Part shown: in pieces, positions 26,363-38,166 of the stretch
How the letters are laid out: the number at the start of each line of letters is the position of its first letter
Position numbering within the stretch: position 1 is the first letter of the stretch
Assembly (NCBI GenBank): GCA_963704565.1
Contig: OY969917.1
Location: 3,003,257 to 3,067,256 of the forward strand
Origin: an uncultured Pseudomonadota bacterium
Lineage (GTDB): Bacteria; Pseudomonadota; Alphaproteobacteria; Rhizobiales; Beijerinckiaceae
DNA length: 64,000 nucleotides
Reading direction: 5' to 3'
Translations under genes and position numbers: made by a program
Notes under the pieces: generated by a model
The model's input: the letters and a program-made list of their open reading frames with translations, nothing else
Told to the model about the DNA's origin: nothing
Database searches by the model: none

Positions 26363-26641
26363 TTCCCGCAGCGCCCGCAACGACGCGTCATAGCGCAGCT
26401 TCAGGAGAATGATCAGCAGGTTCAGCGCAACGGTGATGGCGTTGAACAGGACGACCGAGAGCGAGCCGATCAGGACGCCATAGGTCAGCCAGAGGGCGCA
26501 GCCGATTACGAAGGTGATCTGGGTGACGAGCGAAATCGAGGTTGCGTCGCGGCTGCGCAGGATCTTGATCGCCTGTGGCGTCCAGCACAGGGTCGTCAGC
26601 GTCCCCGCGAGGAATCCGACCAGTTCGGTTTCTGGAGCCAC
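26309..26641 (-). CDS. SemiSWEET (PQ-loop) family transporter with repeat-derived C-terminal extension
   Basis: GTLTTLCWTPQAIKILRSRDATSISL and LWLTYG form the PQ-loop motif, with 3 TM helices. GTG 26641 is proposed (AAGGAA 6 nt upstream), and the ORF track TTG 26677 is an alternative. The stop and last ~18 codons lie inside the repeat. Confidence 0.75.
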   Translation of the reverse strand: MAPETELVGFLAGTLTTLCWTPQAIKILRSRDATSISLVTQITFVIGCALWLTYGVLIGSLSVVLFNAITVALNLLIILLKLRYDASLRALREARAYSQKVADFFDKNMR

Positions 26642-26673
26642 GCCATGTTCCTTTGCCGATAGGGGCGGGCGCC

Positions 26674-27762
26674 TCAAACGCCGCCGTAAAGCCGGGCCAT
26701 GACCCGCGCGGTATAATCCACCATCGGAACCACGCGCGCATAATTCAGGCGGGTGGGGCCGATGACGCCGAGAACGCCGACGATCCGGCGCTCGGAATCG
26801 CGGAAGGGCGCGGCGATCATCGACGAGCCGGACAGGGAAAACAACTTGTTTTCCGAACCGATGAAAATGCGCACGCCCTCGCCCTCTTCGGCGCGGGCGA
26901 GGAGGTCGATGACTTCGCTCTTGGTTTCGAGATCGTCGAACAGCAGGCGAATTCGTTCGAGATCGCCTATGGCCGTCAGATCTTCGAGCAGATTGGCCTG
27001 ACCGCGCACGATCAGATTCTGTGCCGCGCCGGCCGGCCCGGCCCAGATCGCCAAACCGGCGTCCACCAGCCGCGCCGTCAGCGTGTCCAGCTCCGCCTGG
27101 GCGGCCAGACGCGACATCTCGATCTCGTCGCGCACTTGCGACAGGGTCCGGCCCCGCAGGCGGGCGTTGAGATAATTGCCCGCCTCGATCAGGGCCGAGG
27201 CCGGCAGATCGGCGGTCACCGGCAGGACGCGGTTTTCGACCGAACCGTCCTCCGAGACCAGGATCGCCAGCGCCTTTTCCGGCTCAAGCCGCACGAATTC
27301 GATCTGTTTCAGCCGGCTGTTGTCCTTGCTCGTCAACACCACGCAGGCGCCGCGCGTCAGGCCGGAGAGCAGCAGGCCGGCTTCCGACAATGCCTCCTCC
27401 ATGCTGCGCTCGCGCGACACGGCGCTCAATTGCGCTTCGATCCGGCCGCGCTCCAGCTCGGTCAGATCGCCGATCTGAAGCAGGGAATCGACGAAAAAAC
27501 GCAGGCCGAGTTCGGTCGGCAGCCGTCCGGCGCTGGTGTGGGGCGAATAGACCAGGCCAAGCTCCTCCAGATCCTGCATGACATTGCGCACCGAGGCCGG
27601 CGACAAAGGCAAGGTCAGGAGGCGGGACAGATGGCGCGAGCCGACGGGCTCGCCGCTGGCGAGATAGCTTTCGACAATATTGCGGAAAATCTCGCGCGAG
27701 CGTTGGTCAAGACGCGAAAGCGCCCCCGCGCCGGAAGCCGGGAATTCTGGATTTGCTGCCAT
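26674..27762 (-). CDS. hrcA: heat-inducible transcriptional repressor HrcA
   Basis: [29 protein letters not shown] is a canonical HrcA N-terminus. The product is 362 aa, and the C-terminal [11 protein letters not shown] motif is present. Confidence 0.95.
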   Translation of the reverse strand: MAANPEFPASGAGALSRLDQRSREIFRNIVESYLASGEPVGSRHLSRLLTLPLSPASVRNVMQDLEELGLVYSPHTSAGRLPTELGLRFFVDSLLQIGDLTELERGRIEAQLSAVSRERSMEEALSEAGLLLSGLTRGACVVLTSKDNSRLKQIEFVRLEPEKALAILVSEDGSVENRVLPVTADLPASALIEAGNYLNARLRGRTLSQVRDEIEMSRLAAQAELDTLTARLVDAGLAIWAGPAGAAQNLIVRGQANLLEDLTAIGDLERIRLLFDDLETKSEVIDLLARAEEGEGVRIFIGSENKLFSLSGSSMIAAPFRDSERRIVGVLGVIGPTRLNYARVVPMVDYTARVMARLYGGV

Positions 27763-27874
27763 GGCAAATATTTACGCGGCGCGCCGGACGATGCAAGGGG
27801 CCCAAAGCAGCGTGCGAAAAAGTGGATCACGGTTTTTCGCAAAAACGCTGCGAAAACCGAAGAATCCAACCGCC

Positions 27875-27907
27875 AAAACAAAAACCCCGCCGAGACGCTC
27901 GGCGGGG
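27875..27907 (-). terminator. rho-independent terminator after rpsT
   Basis: On the minus strand, CCCCGCCGAG-CGT-CTCGGCGGGG is followed by TTTTTGTTTT. Confidence 0.85.
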
Positions 27908-27930
27908 TTAAATCTCTGCAAAATAAGGTT

Positions 27931-28203
27931 TCAGGCCTTTTTGCCGAGCGCGGCGACGCTGGCGGTCAGGCGCGAAACCTTGCGCGAGGCGGTGTTCTTG
28001 TGAACGATGCCCTTCTGCGCGGCGCGCATCAGGACCGGCTCGGCGGCGGCGAGAGCGGTCTTGGCGGCGACCTGATCGCCGGCGCCGATGGCTTCCTCGA
28101 CCTTGCGGATGAAAGTGCGCATTTTGCTGCGGCGCTGCCGGTTGACGGCGGTGCGGCGTGTGATTTGACGGACGGCCTTTTTAGCCGATCTGGTATTCGC
28201 CAT
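27931..28203 (-). CDS. rpsT: 30S ribosomal protein S20
   Basis: Internal ATG 28203. [13 protein letters not shown] is a canonical S20 N-terminus. The product is 90 aa. Confidence 0.96.
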   Translation of the reverse strand: MANTRSAKKAVRQITRRTAVNRQRRSKMRTFIRKVEEAIGAGDQVAAKTALAAAEPVLMRAAQKGIVHKNTASRKVSRLTASVAALGKKA

Positions 28204-28294
28204 GAGGATCCCCGGACGAAAGCGCGCGCCCGAACATCGTGACCGCGCCTCAAAACGATGACGGCGCCTCATGCAGGCGCCGCGTGTGGGGCGC

Positions 28295-28323
28295 TTATAA
28301 GCGCGAAACGGGCGTTTCGTCAA
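28295..28323 (-). promoter_or_regulatory. sigma70-like promoter for rpsT (TTGACG-N17-TTATAA)
   Basis: On the minus strand, TTGACG (28323-28318) is followed by a 17-nt spacer and TTATAAG (28300-28294). Confidence 0.5.
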
Positions 28324-28354
28324 CGCGCGAATCGCGATTCCCCCGCGCAAGCCA

Positions 28355-29128
28355 TCATCTGTTCTTGAAATGGGCCTGACGCTTCTCGATGAAAGCCGTC
28401 ATGCCTTCCTTCTGATCAAGGGTCGCGAATGCGGCGTGGAAGTTCCGCCGCTCGAATTTGACCCCCTCGGTCAGGGTCGATTCATAAGCCGAATTGATGC
28501 AGTCCTTGATCTGCATGGTGATCGGCAGCGACATGGAGGCGATCTGCCGCGCGGTCTTCACCGCCTCCTCGACCAGTTGGTCGAGCGGCACGATGCGGGA
28601 GACCAGCCCCGCGCGTTCGGCTTCCTGCGCGTCCATCATCCGGCCGGTCAGGCACATTTCCATCGCCTTCGACTTGCCGACGAAACGCGCCAGGCGCTGG
28701 GTGCCGCCGGCGCCGGGCAGAATGCCGAGTTTCACTTCCGGCTGGCCGAATTTGGCGTTTTCGGCGGCAAGGATGAAATCGCACATCATCGCCAGTTCGC
28801 AGCCGCCGCCGAGGGCGAAGCCCGCGACCGCCGCGATGGCCGGCTTGCGGAAATAGGAAATCCGCTCCCAGCTGCGGATCGTGTCGCTGAGATAGGCGTC
28901 CATATAGGTCAGGAGCTGCAACTCCTTGATGTCGGCGCCGGCGGCGAAGGCCTTTTCGGAGCCGGTCAGCACCAAGGCGCCGATGTCGGGGTCCATTTCG
29001 AATTCTTCCAGCGCCACGTTCAATTCCTGGATCAAACGCGAATTCAGGGCGTTCAGCGCCTTGGGGCGGTCGAGCCGGATAATTCCGACCGCGCCATCGG
29101 TTTCGACAATGATGTTCTGATAGGACAT
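28355..29128 (-). CDS. enoyl-CoA hydratase (crotonase family)
   Basis: [22 protein letters not shown] and GGGCELAM are crotonase signatures. The product is 257 aa. Confidence 0.92.
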   Translation of the reverse strand: MSYQNIIVETDGAVGIIRLDRPKALNALNSRLIQELNVALEEFEMDPDIGALVLTGSEKAFAAGADIKELQLLTYMDAYLSDTIRSWERISYFRKPAIAAVAGFALGGGCELAMMCDFILAAENAKFGQPEVKLGILPGAGGTQRLARFVGKSKAMEMCLTGRMMDAQEAERAGLVSRIVPLDQLVEEAVKTARQIASMSLPITMQIKDCINSAYESTLTEGVKFERRNFHAAFATLDQKEGMTAFIEKRQAHFKNR

Positions 29129-29173
29129 GGCTCACCTGCGGCGGCCCGCAGGGGCCGCGAAAAGGGATACGGC

Positions 29174-30157
29174 TCACAGGCCGTCGAAGAGGGCGGTGGA
29201 AAGATAGCGTTCGGCGAAAGACGGGATGATGATGACGATGTTCTTGCCTTCCGAACTCGGGCGCGCCGCCACCTGAAGCGCCGCCGCGACCGCCGCGCCC
29301 GAGGAAATGCCGATCGGCGCCCCTTCGATGCGGGCGACCTCGCGCGCCATCGCCACCGCGGTCGCGCTGTCGACGGTCACCACTTCGTCGATCACGCCGG
29401 TATCGAGCACCGGCGGGACGAAGCCGGCGCCAATGCCTTGAATCTTGTGGGGGCCGGGCTGGCCGCCCGACAGGACGGGCAATTCGGCGGGCTCGACCGC
29501 CACCATTTTCAATCCCGGCTTGCGGGCTTTCAGAACTTGGCCGATTCCGGTGATGGTGCCGCCGGTGCCGACGCCGGAAATGACGATATCGACCGCGCCA
29601 TCGGTGTCGTTCCAGATTTCCTCCGCCGTGGTGCGGCGATGGATCGCCGGATTGGCCGGATTTTCGAATTGCGCCGGGGTGATCGCGCCGGGCGTGGCGG
29701 CGACCATTTCGGCGGCCTTGGCGATGGCGCCCTTCATGCCCTGCGCCGCCGGCGTCAGCACCAGTTCGGCGCCCAGAAGCGCCAGCATCTTGCGCCGCTC
29801 GATCGACATCGATTCCGGCATGACCAGGATGAGCTTGTAGCCGCGCGCCGCCGCCACGAAAGCCAAAGCGATGCCGGTATTGCCGGAGGTCGGCTCGATC
29901 AGCACGCTTTGGCCTGGCGCGATCAGACCCTCGGCTTCGAGCGCGTCGATCATCGCCACGCCGATGCGGTCCTTCACCGAGGCGATCGGATTGAAGAATT
30001 CAAGTTTCGCCAGAAGGTTCGCCTTGACGCCGCGCGCCGCCGCGAGGCGGTCGAACCGCACCAAAGGCGTGTCGCCGATGGTGTCGGTCATCGAATCGTA
30101 AATCTTGCCGCGCCCGGGCTTTTTCGCGGTGGCTTCCGGATTGCTGGGCTGGGTCAT
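29174..30157 (-). CDS. cysK: cysteine synthase A (O-acetylserine sulfhydrylase)
   Basis: IGDTPLVR...[13 protein letters not shown] is the PLP lysine motif. EPTSGNTG and [10 protein letters not shown] are present. Confidence 0.93.
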   Translation of the reverse strand: MTQPSNPEATAKKPGRGKIYDSMTDTIGDTPLVRFDRLAAARGVKANLLAKLEFFNPIASVKDRIGVAMIDALEAEGLIAPGQSVLIEPTSGNTGIALAFVAAARGYKLILVMPESMSIERRKMLALLGAELVLTPAAQGMKGAIAKAAEMVAATPGAITPAQFENPANPAIHRRTTAEEIWNDTDGAVDIVISGVGTGGTITGIGQVLKARKPGLKMVAVEPAELPVLSGGQPGPHKIQGIGAGFVPPVLDTGVIDEVVTVDSATAVAMAREVARIEGAPIGISSGAAVAAALQVAARPSSEGKNIVIIIPSFAERYLSTALFDGL

Positions 30158-30237
30158 CGCGTCGCTCCATGCGGAGATTCTTTTTGGGCGCCGAATTTAA
30201 CAAGCCTCCGGAGGCTTGTCGATGAAGACGCTTTTCA

Positions 30238-30699
30238 TCAATCCGTCGCGCTTTCCCGGCCGGTCGAGCCAAAGCCGCCGGCGCCGCGCGCGGTTTCGGA
30301 CAGTCCATCGACCACGACCAGCCGCGCCTGGACCACCGGCGCGACCACCATTTGCGCGATGCGGTCGCCGCGCCCGATCTCGAAAGGCTCAGGCCCGAGA
30401 TTGATCAGAATGACGCCGACCTCGCCGCGATAGTCGCTGTCGATGGTCCCCGGCGTGTTCACCACGGTCACCCCATGTTTCAAGGCGAGGCCGGACCGAG
30501 GCCGGACCTGGGCCTCGAATCCGGGTGGAATTTCGAGCGCCAGCCCCGTGGGGATCAGGCGTCTTTCGCCGGGCCGCAGAATTTCCCGGGCGCCGGACGC
30601 CAGCGCGGCGAGAAGATCGAAGCCGGCGGCGCCGCCGCTCTGATAGGAGGGGAGCGGCAGGCCTCCAGCGTGGGCAAGTCTTTTGATGCGGATTTCCAT
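30238..30699 (-). CDS. dut: dUTP diphosphatase
   Basis: [23 protein letters not shown] and [10 protein letters not shown] are dUTPase motifs. The start abuts the coaBC stop. Confidence 0.95.
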   Translation of the reverse strand: MEIRIKRLAHAGGLPLPSYQSGGAAGFDLLAALASGAREILRPGERRLIPTGLALEIPPGFEAQVRPRSGLALKHGVTVVNTPGTIDSDYRGEVGVILINLGPEPFEIGRGDRIAQMVVAPVVQARLVVVDGLSETARGAGGFGSTGRESATD

Positions 30700-31929
30700 T
30701 CAGCGCCCGTCCCGCCGCAGCAGGGAAGCCGCCAGCTCGATCAATCGGACCGCCGCCGCGTCCTTGCCCAGTTTCGGCCAGGTCGTCTCGCCGTCCGGCG
30801 TGACGATGACCATGGTGTTGTCGTCCCCGCCCATCACGCCGGACGAAGTGCTGACATCGTTGGCGACGATCAGGTCGCAGCCCTTGCGCGCCAGCTTTTG
30901 CCGGGCGTGCTCGACCAGCTTTTCGGTCTCGGCGGCGAAACCCATGACCAGGGCCGGCCGGTTGCGGTCCAGCCGCGCGACCGTCGCCAGAATGTCGGGA
31001 TTTTCGACGAGTTTCAGCGCGGGCGGGCCCTTCTCTCCCTTCTTGATTTTTTCTCCGTGGTCTTGCGCGACGCGCCAGTCCGCGACCGCCGCGGCGGCAA
31101 TGAAAATATCGCAGGGCAGGGAATCTTCGACCGCCGCCGCCATGTCGCGCGCGGTTTCGACGCGCAGGACATGCACGCCTTCGGGCGAAGGAAGATTGAC
31201 CGGGCCGGACACCAGCACCACTTGCGCCCCCGCCGCGCGGGCGGCGCGGGCGATGGCGTAGCCCTGCTTGCCGGACGAACGATTGGCGATGAAGCGAACC
31301 GGATCGATCGGCTCATGGGTCGGGCCGGCGGTGACGACCACTCTTTTTCCGGCCAGAACGCCGTTCAGCGCGGGTCCGCGCCCGAAAAATTCCTGGATGG
31401 CGGCGAAAATTTCTGCGGACTCGGCCATGCGGCCGAAGCCGAATTCGCCGCAGGCCATCGCGCCTTGATTGGGGCCGATGAATTTCACGCCATCGGCGGC
31501 GAGTTGGGCGCAATTACGCCGCGTCGCCGCATGTTCCCACATCCGCACGTTCATCGCCGGGGCGGCGAGAATCGGCTTGTCCGAGGCCAGCAGAAGCGTC
31601 GAGGCCAGATCGTTGGCGAGGCCATGGGCCGCCTTGGCGAGCAGGTCGGCGGTGGCCGGCGCGACCACGACGAGATCGGCTGAGCGGCTCAGCTCGATAT
31701 GGCCCATTTCGGTTTCGTCGGTCAGGGAAAACAGATCCTGAAAGACCTTTTCGCCGCTCAAGGCGGCAAGCGACAGCGGCGTGACGAACTGGGCGCCGGC
31801 GTCGGTCAGCACCGTGCGGACCGCAATATCGGCGCCGCGCAACAGGCGGATGAGTTCGAGGCTCTTGTAGGCGGCGATGCCGCCGCCGACGATCAGCAGC
31901 ACGGAAGGGTTCTTGCGCGGCGCCGTCAT
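30700..31929 (-). CDS. coaBC: bifunctional phosphopantothenoylcysteine decarboxylase / phosphopantothenate--cysteine ligase
   Basis: The flavoprotein N-domain has GGGIAAYK and PAMN..MW. The C-domain has TAGPT.EPIDPVRFI.N.SSGK. Confidence 0.95.
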   Translation of the reverse strand: MTAPRKNPSVLLIVGGGIAAYKSLELIRLLRGADIAVRTVLTDAGAQFVTPLSLAALSGEKVFQDLFSLTDETEMGHIELSRSADLVVVAPATADLLAKAAHGLANDLASTLLLASDKPILAAPAMNVRMWEHAATRRNCAQLAADGVKFIGPNQGAMACGEFGFGRMAESAEIFAAIQEFFGRGPALNGVLAGKRVVVTAGPTHEPIDPVRFIANRSSGKQGYAIARAARAAGAQVVLVSGPVNLPSPEGVHVLRVETARDMAAAVEDSLPCDIFIAAAAVADWRVAQDHGEKIKKGEKGPPALKLVENPDILATVARLDRNRPALVMGFAAETEKLVEHARQKLARKGCDLIVANDVSTSSGVMGGDDNTMVIVTPDGETTWPKLGKDAAAVRLIELAASLLRRDGR

Positions 31930-31938
31930 GGCAAATCC

Positions 31939-33498
31939 TCAACGCCAGAGCAGGTATAATATGACGCCGACGGCCGCGACCAGTCCATAGCGCGTCAGCC
32001 ATTGGCTCGCGGCGCTGGCCTTGCCGATTTCCCTGACCGTGCGCGATTCGAGCGTCAACCCGTGTTCCGCGATCGATTCCAGCTTCTCGACGATCCGGCC
32101 GGCGCGGGCCAGCATGTCGGGCGTCTGGGTCGCGACCTGGGCCAGCGCCGCGAGGCCGCGTCCGGCGTCGGCGACTTTTCCGCGCGGGCCGAGATTGTCC
32201 TCGATCCAGCTTTTGACCACCGGCTCGGCGGTGGACCACATGTCGAGCCGGGGATCGAGCGAACGCGCGACGCCTTCCACCACCACCATGGTCTTTTGCA
32301 GCATCACCAGCTCGATCCGCGTCCGCATGTCGAACAGAGCGGTTATTTCGAACAGCAAGGTCAGGAGCTTGGCCATCGAGATTTCGTCGGCGCGGCGCGA
32401 ATGGATCGGTTCGCCGACGGCGCGGATCGCCTGGGCGAAATCGGCGACGCGATATTGCGCCGGCACATAGCCGGCCTCGAAATGAACCTCCGCCACCCGC
32501 TGATAATCGCGGGTGATGAAGCCATAGAGGATTTCGGCGAGAAAACGCCGCTCCTTGATCCCGAGACGGCCCATGATGCCGAAATCGACCGCCGCCAGCC
32601 GCCCCTCCGGCGTCAGGAACAGATTTCCCGGATGCATGTCGGCATGGAAAAAGCCGTCGCGCACCGCATGGCGCAGGAAGGACTGGATCAGGATGCGGCC
32701 GAGATTGGGCAGATTCACGCCCGAGCGCCGCAGGGCCTCGACATCGGACAAGGGCGCGCCCTCGATCCATTCAAGGGTCATGACCTCGCGCGCGCAGCGG
32801 TCCCAATCGACCTTGGGCACCAGAAAATCGTCGTCGCCATGGGTGTTTTCGGCGAATTCCGACGCCGCGGCGGCCTCAAGCCGGAAATCCATCTCGATCT
32901 TGACCGAGCGGGCCAGGGTGTCCACCACGCCGACCGGATTGAGCCGGCGCGCCTCGGCGGAAAATCTTTCGGCCATGCGCGCGGCGAAGAACATGTCGCC
33001 CAGATCGCGATGGAAGCGCCGCTCGATCCCCGGCCGCAGCACTTTCACCGCGACCGGCAGCGCAACCCCGCCTTCGATGACCGTGGCGCGATGGACCTGG
33101 GCGACCGAGGCCGCCGCGACCGGCTCGCTCAATTCCGAGAAAACCTCGCCGATCGGCCGTGCAAAAGCCTTCTCGATCACCCCGACCGCGACGGCGCGGG
33201 GAAAAGGCTCCATCTTGTCCTGAAGTCGTTCGAGTTCGCGGGCGACGGCGGCGCCCACCACGTCGGGACGCGTCGCCAGGCTTTGACCGAGCTTGACGTA
33301 AGACGGCCCCAGGCGCGCGATGGCCGGCGCCAGCCGCTCGACGCCGCCATCGCGCCGGGCGATCAGGCCCGCCAGCCATAAGGCCGGGCGCGCCTCCAGC
33401 GGCAGGGCTGCGGCGTCGACGCCGGAAAAAACCCCTTCCCGCGCCAGGATGAAGCCGGCGCGGCCGAGGCGGAGGACATGGCCGATGGTTGCAAGCAC
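31939..33498 (-). CDS. ubiB: ABC1/UbiB-family ubiquinone biosynthesis protein
   Basis: LGPSYVKLGQ.LATRPD, AAASVAQVH.A and the DFGIMG/HADMHPGN kinase-like motifs are present, with a C-terminal TM. The start is GTG. Confidence 0.92.
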   Translation of the reverse strand: MLATIGHVLRLGRAGFILAREGVFSGVDAAALPLEARPALWLAGLIARRDGGVERLAPAIARLGPSYVKLGQSLATRPDVVGAAVARELERLQDKMEPFPRAVAVGVIEKAFARPIGEVFSELSEPVAAASVAQVHRATVIEGGVALPVAVKVLRPGIERRFHRDLGDMFFAARMAERFSAEARRLNPVGVVDTLARSVKIEMDFRLEAAAASEFAENTHGDDDFLVPKVDWDRCAREVMTLEWIEGAPLSDVEALRRSGVNLPNLGRILIQSFLRHAVRDGFFHADMHPGNLFLTPEGRLAAVDFGIMGRLGIKERRFLAEILYGFITRDYQRVAEVHFEAGYVPAQYRVADFAQAIRAVGEPIHSRRADEISMAKLLTLLFEITALFDMRTRIELVMLQKTMVVVEGVARSLDPRLDMWSTAEPVVKSWIEDNLGPRGKVADAGRGLAALAQVATQTPDMLARAGRIVEKLESIAEHGLTLESRTVREIGKASAASQWLTRYGLVAAVGVILYLLWR

Positions 33499-33512
33499 GA
33501 AGGGGCAGTCCG

Positions 33513-34301
33513 TTACAGTTTCCAGCCGGAATGAATGGCGACCACGCCGCCGGTCAGCCGCGTATAGCCGACGCGCTGGAAGCCGGCGCGCTCGATCATC
33601 GCCGCGAAATCCTCCGGCTCCGGGAACTGGCGGATCGATTCGACCAGATAGCGATAGGGAGCGGCGTCGCCGGTGACCAGCCGCCCCATGGCCGGGATCG
33701 CCGAGAAGGAATAGCTTTCATAAAGCCGCGCCAGAAACGGCGCCTCGACATGGGAGAATTCCAGGCAAAGGAAATGTCCGCCGCGCTTGAGCACGCGATA
33801 AGCCTCGGCCAAAGCGCGCTCGATACGCGGCACGTTGCGGATGCCGAAGGCGATCGAATAGGCGTCGAATTCGCCGTCGGGCAGAGGCAATTCCTCGGCA
33901 TTGGCCTCGACGAAGCGCGTTTGCTTGTCCAGCCCGGCCTTTTTCGCCCTTTCCTGGCCGACCGCCAGCATGTCGGCGTTGATGTCGAGAACGGTCACTT
34001 CGGTCTTCGGCCCGCCGGCGCGCGCGACCCGGAAGGCCACGTCGCCGGTGCCGCCCGCCACGTCGAGATGCTTGAAGCCGCGCGAAGAGGGCTTGATCTT
34101 GCCGACCAGAACATCCTTCCACAGGCGATGGAGGCCAGCGGACATCAGGTCGTTCATCACGTCATAGCGATGGGCGACCTTGTGGAACACGTCGTCCACC
34201 AGTCCCTGTTTTTCATTGAGACGGACTTCCGAATAGCCAAAATGGGTGGTCAATTCGGCGTCCTGGTTCAAAGCCGCGTCCTGCCGCCGCGCGTCCTGCA
34301 T
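33513..34301 (-). CDS. ubiE: demethylmenaquinone / 2-methoxy-6-polyprenyl-1,4-benzoquinol methyltransferase
   Basis: Internal ATG 34301. THFGY..V....K...V..VF..VA..YD.MND.MS.G.HR.WK and the [12 protein letters not shown] motif are present. The longer ORF to 35123 is antisense to mutM. Confidence 0.94.
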   Translation of the reverse strand: MQDARRQDAALNQDAELTTHFGYSEVRLNEKQGLVDDVFHKVAHRYDVMNDLMSAGLHRLWKDVLVGKIKPSSRGFKHLDVAGGTGDVAFRVARAGGPKTEVTVLDINADMLAVGQERAKKAGLDKQTRFVEANAEELPLPDGEFDAYSIAFGIRNVPRIERALAEAYRVLKRGGHFLCLEFSHVEAPFLARLYESYSFSAIPAMGRLVTGDAAPYRYLVESIRQFPEPEDFAAMIERAGFQRVGYTRLTGGVVAIHSGWKL

Positions 34302-34388
34302 CTGCCCGCTCCTAAAGCTGGCGGACCATAGCGCGGCCGCCGGAGAATGGCTATCTATCGTGTCGAAGCCGCGAATAGAAGGAAAGAA

Positions 34389-35243
34389 ATGCCGGAACTC
34401 CCCGAAGTCGAGACCGTGCGGCGGGGGCTCGCTCCGACTTTGGTCGGGGCGCGGATCGCGCGCATCGAGACGCGGCGGCCCGATCTGCGTCTGCCGTTTC
34501 CCAGGAATTTCGCCAAAAACTTGCAAGGGCGGCGCATTGACGCGCTGAACCGGCGGGCGAAATATCTGATCGCCGCGCTGGACGACGGCGCCGCCTTGAT
34601 CGCCCATCTGGGGATGAGCGGCTCCTTCCGTGTCGAAGGCGCCGAGGCCCCAGGCAATTTCGCGGTGCCGCGCTCCAAAAATCCGGCGCATGACCATGTC
34701 GTCTTTCATCTCGACGGCGCGAAGGTCATCTACAACGATCCGCGCCGCTTCGGCTTCATGACGCTCACGAAAATGTCGGAGCTGGCCGCGCTGCCCTTTT
34801 TCGCCAGGCTCGGCGTCGAGCCTTTGTCCAATGAGTTCAACGGCGTTGCGCTGGCGCGGCTGTTCGCCGGGAAAAAGACGCCGCTCAAGTCGGCTTTGCT
34901 CGACCAGAGCCTGATCGCGGGCCTGGGGAATATTTATGTTTGCGAGGCCTTGCATCGCGCCGACCTCGCGCCCGACCGGCCGGCGGCGGTCGCGGAGAAG
35001 GAAAGCGTGGCCGAAAGGCTCGCCGGCGCGATCCGCGCGGTGCTGGAGGAGGCGATCGCGGCGGGCGGCTCGTCCCTGCGCGATCATCGGCAGGCCGATG
35101 GGTCGCTCGGCTATTTCCAGCATAATTTCCGGGTCTACGACCGCGAAGGCGCGCCTTGCCCCAAGCCGAAATGCAAGGGAATCGTCGAGCGTCGGGTCCA
35201 GAGCGGGCGTTCGACCTTTTTCTGCCCGAAATGCCAGAGATGA
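34389..35243 (+). CDS. mutM: formamidopyrimidine-DNA glycosylase
   Basis: [14 protein letters not shown] is the canonical Fpg N-terminus (catalytic Pro2). The C-terminal zinc finger is C-x2-C...C-x2-C (CPKPKC...FFCPKCQ). Confidence 0.96.
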   Translation: MPELPEVETVRRGLAPTLVGARIARIETRRPDLRLPFPRNFAKNLQGRRIDALNRRAKYLIAALDDGAALIAHLGMSGSFRVEGAEAPGNFAVPRSKNPAHDHVVFHLDGAKVIYNDPRRFGFMTLTKMSELAALPFFARLGVEPLSNEFNGVALARLFAGKKTPLKSALLDQSLIAGLGNIYVCEALHRADLAPDRPAAVAEKESVAERLAGAIRAVLEEAIAAGGSSLRDHRQADGSLGYFQHNFRVYDREGAPCPKPKCKGIVERRVQSGRSTFFCPKCQR

Positions 35244-35265
35244 AGGCGGGAGAGTTTTTCACCCC

Positions 35266-36069
35266 ATGAAGACGCCGGCTTTCGCAGGACTTTTGAAGGC
35301 TTTCCAACGCCAGCCGCAGGGCGAGGGCGATTGCCTCGTCGTGCGGCATGGCGAGCGGGCGTTCAGGATCGCGGTCAAGCGCTCCGCCACGGCGCGGCGG
35401 CTGACGCTGAGAATCAGGGGCGCGACCGGCGACATCGTCCTGACCGTTCCGGCGCGGACCAGTTTTTGGCAGGCGCAAGATTTCGCCGAGCGACACGCCC
35501 TGTGGCTCGCCAACCGGCTGGCGCGCATCCCGCGTCGCACGCCCTTCCTGCCGGGCGAGAAAATCCCGTTGCGCGGCGTCGAACATGAGCTGCGCCATTG
35601 CCCCAATCCCGTCCGGCGCGCCGGCCCGGTCTGGGTCGAATCTCTCGACGAGACGCTGGCGCTCTGCGCCAGCGGCGAATCGGCCCATTTCGAACGGCGC
35701 ATCGCCGATTTTTTTCGGCGGGAGGCGCGCCGCGACATCGAACAAGCGGTTTTTCGCCACGCCACGCGCGCCGGAAAACGCCCGATCAGCGTCTCCCTGC
35801 GCGACACGTCGAGCCGCTGGGGCTCCTGTTCCGCCAAGGGCGCCTTGAATTTCTCGTGGCGGCTGATTCTCGCCCCGCCTTTCGTGCTGGATTATCTCGC
35901 CGCGCATGAAACGGCGCATCTGCGCCACCACGACCATTCCGAAAAATTCTGGGCGCTGACCAGAAGTCTTTGCCCGCAAACCGAAGAGGCCGAGGCCTGG
36001 CTGAAAACCCATGGCGCGCAATTGCATCGCTATGGCCGCGCCGGGATTCCGGCGATCAACGGCGAATGA
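35266..36069 (+). CDS. M48/YgjP-like (DUF45) zinc metallopeptidase
   Basis: Internal ATG 35266. RWGSCS.....NF.WRL..AP..V.DY...HE.AHL.H..HS..FW is the DUF45/WLM-type HExxH signature. Confidence 0.8.
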   Translation: MKTPAFAGLLKAFQRQPQGEGDCLVVRHGERAFRIAVKRSATARRLTLRIRGATGDIVLTVPARTSFWQAQDFAERHALWLANRLARIPRRTPFLPGEKIPLRGVEHELRHCPNPVRRAGPVWVESLDETLALCASGESAHFERRIADFFRREARRDIEQAVFRHATRAGKRPISVSLRDTSSRWGSCSAKGALNFSWRLILAPPFVLDYLAAHETAHLRHHDHSEKFWALTRSLCPQTEEAEAWLKTHGAQLHRYGRAGIPAINGE

Positions 36070-36766
36070 AGGTCAGATAGGCCGCGCTCCGGCCCTCGCG
36101 CCGGGCCTTGGCTTCATAGCGCGTTTGAATCCAGCCTTCCCAGGGCGTGGTCCAGTCCTGAACGCCGCGCGCCGGCCACAAGAAATCGGGCGAGCGCAGC
36201 ACGCGGGCCAGGGTCCAGGCGGCATAATCGTCGATATCGGTGGCGAAGCGCAATTCGGCGCCCGGCCGCATCACCCGCGCGAGGCGCGCCAGCATGGCGT
36301 CGGACACGAAACGCCGCTCCTTGTGGCGCCGCTTCGGCCAGGGGTCGGGATAGAGAAGATAAACCCCGGACAGGCAGTTTTCTGGGAGCCGGTCGATCAG
36401 GTCGCCGGCGTCGCCGGGATGAATTCGGATGTTTTCGAGGCCGAAATGCGCGATCTCGGCCAGCAGTTTGGCTACGCCATTGACGAAAGGCTCGCAGCCG
36501 AAAAAGCCGCGCCTGGGATGGTTCAGCGCCTCGGCGGCGAGGCGCTCGCCGCCGCCGAAGCCGATTTCAAGCCAGAGATCGTCGGGGCTGTTGGGGAACA
36601 GGTCGAAAGGCGCGGCGATCGGCTGGGACAGGTCCAACTGCAAACGTGGCAGCAGGGTTTCGACCAGCCCGGCCTGTCTGGGGCGCAGCGTCTTGCCCCT
36701 GCGCCGCCCATAAAGGCCCGCGTCGCGTCGCGCGCGGCGGGGGCCGTCCTGTTCCGCGTCGGTCAT
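36056..36766 (-). CDS. trmB: tRNA (guanine46-N7)-methyltransferase
   Basis: EIGFGGGE and YLLYPDPWPKRRHKERRF are TrmB signatures. Its 3' end overlaps the convergent DUF45 gene by 14 nt. Confidence 0.93.
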   Translation of the reverse strand: MTDAEQDGPRRARRDAGLYGRRRGKTLRPRQAGLVETLLPRLQLDLSQPIAAPFDLFPNSPDDLWLEIGFGGGERLAAEALNHPRRGFFGCEPFVNGVAKLLAEIAHFGLENIRIHPGDAGDLIDRLPENCLSGVYLLYPDPWPKRRHKERRFVSDAMLARLARVMRPGAELRFATDIDDYAAWTLARVLRSPDFLWPARGVQDWTTPWEGWIQTRYEAKARREGRSAAYLTFIRR

Positions 36767-36775
36767 GGCGAAAGA

Positions 36776-37972
<1,197 letters not shown>

Positions 37973-38095
37973 CAGAGCACTCCAGTTAAAGGCAGGACGG
38001 TTGGACAGGCGCCGCGCCCGCCATCCGGGTCGGGCAGTCTGCGTCTTCACGGCTTGGGGCGCGCAAAGGCACCTGCCGTGGAGAGCGTTCGGCGA
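37973..38095 (-). promoter_or_regulatory. structured metK 5' leader with long-range anti-Shine-Dalgarno helix (candidate cis-regulatory RNA)
   Basis: On the minus strand, GCUCUCCA-C-GGCAGG (38086-38072) can pair with CCUGCC-UUUAAC-UGGAGUGC (37996-37977). That is 6/6 plus 7/8 bp, and it occludes the GGAG SD at 37983-37980. Confidence 0.4.
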
Positions 38096-38101
38096 GGCTT
38101 G

Positions 38102-38129
38102 TCTATAGGGGGCACGTTCGTTTCGTCAA
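38102..38129 (-). promoter_or_regulatory. sigma70-like promoter for metK (TTGACG-N16-TATAGA)
   Basis: On the minus strand, TTGACG (38129-38124) is followed by a 16-nt spacer and TATAGA (38107-38102). Confidence 0.5.
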
Positions 38130-38166
38130 GCGAAATCAGGCTTTTCGTTCTTTATAACGAACGCCA

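Noticed and set aside
27763-27930. Looked for a CIRCE operator (TTAGCACTC-N9-GAGTGCTAA) upstream of hrcA, and for grpE downstream.
   Set aside because: No CIRCE-like inverted repeat is present in this interval, and the gene after hrcA is a SemiSWEET rather than grpE. Absence here is not anomalous, because CIRCE normally precedes groESL/dnaK, which lie outside this window.
37973-38100. Calling the metK leader a known SAM-II, SAM-V or SAM/SAH riboswitch.
   Set aside because: I could not recognise the conserved cores of these classes by eye. Only the anti-SD pairing is directly visible, so it is reported as an unclassified candidate rather than a named riboswitch.
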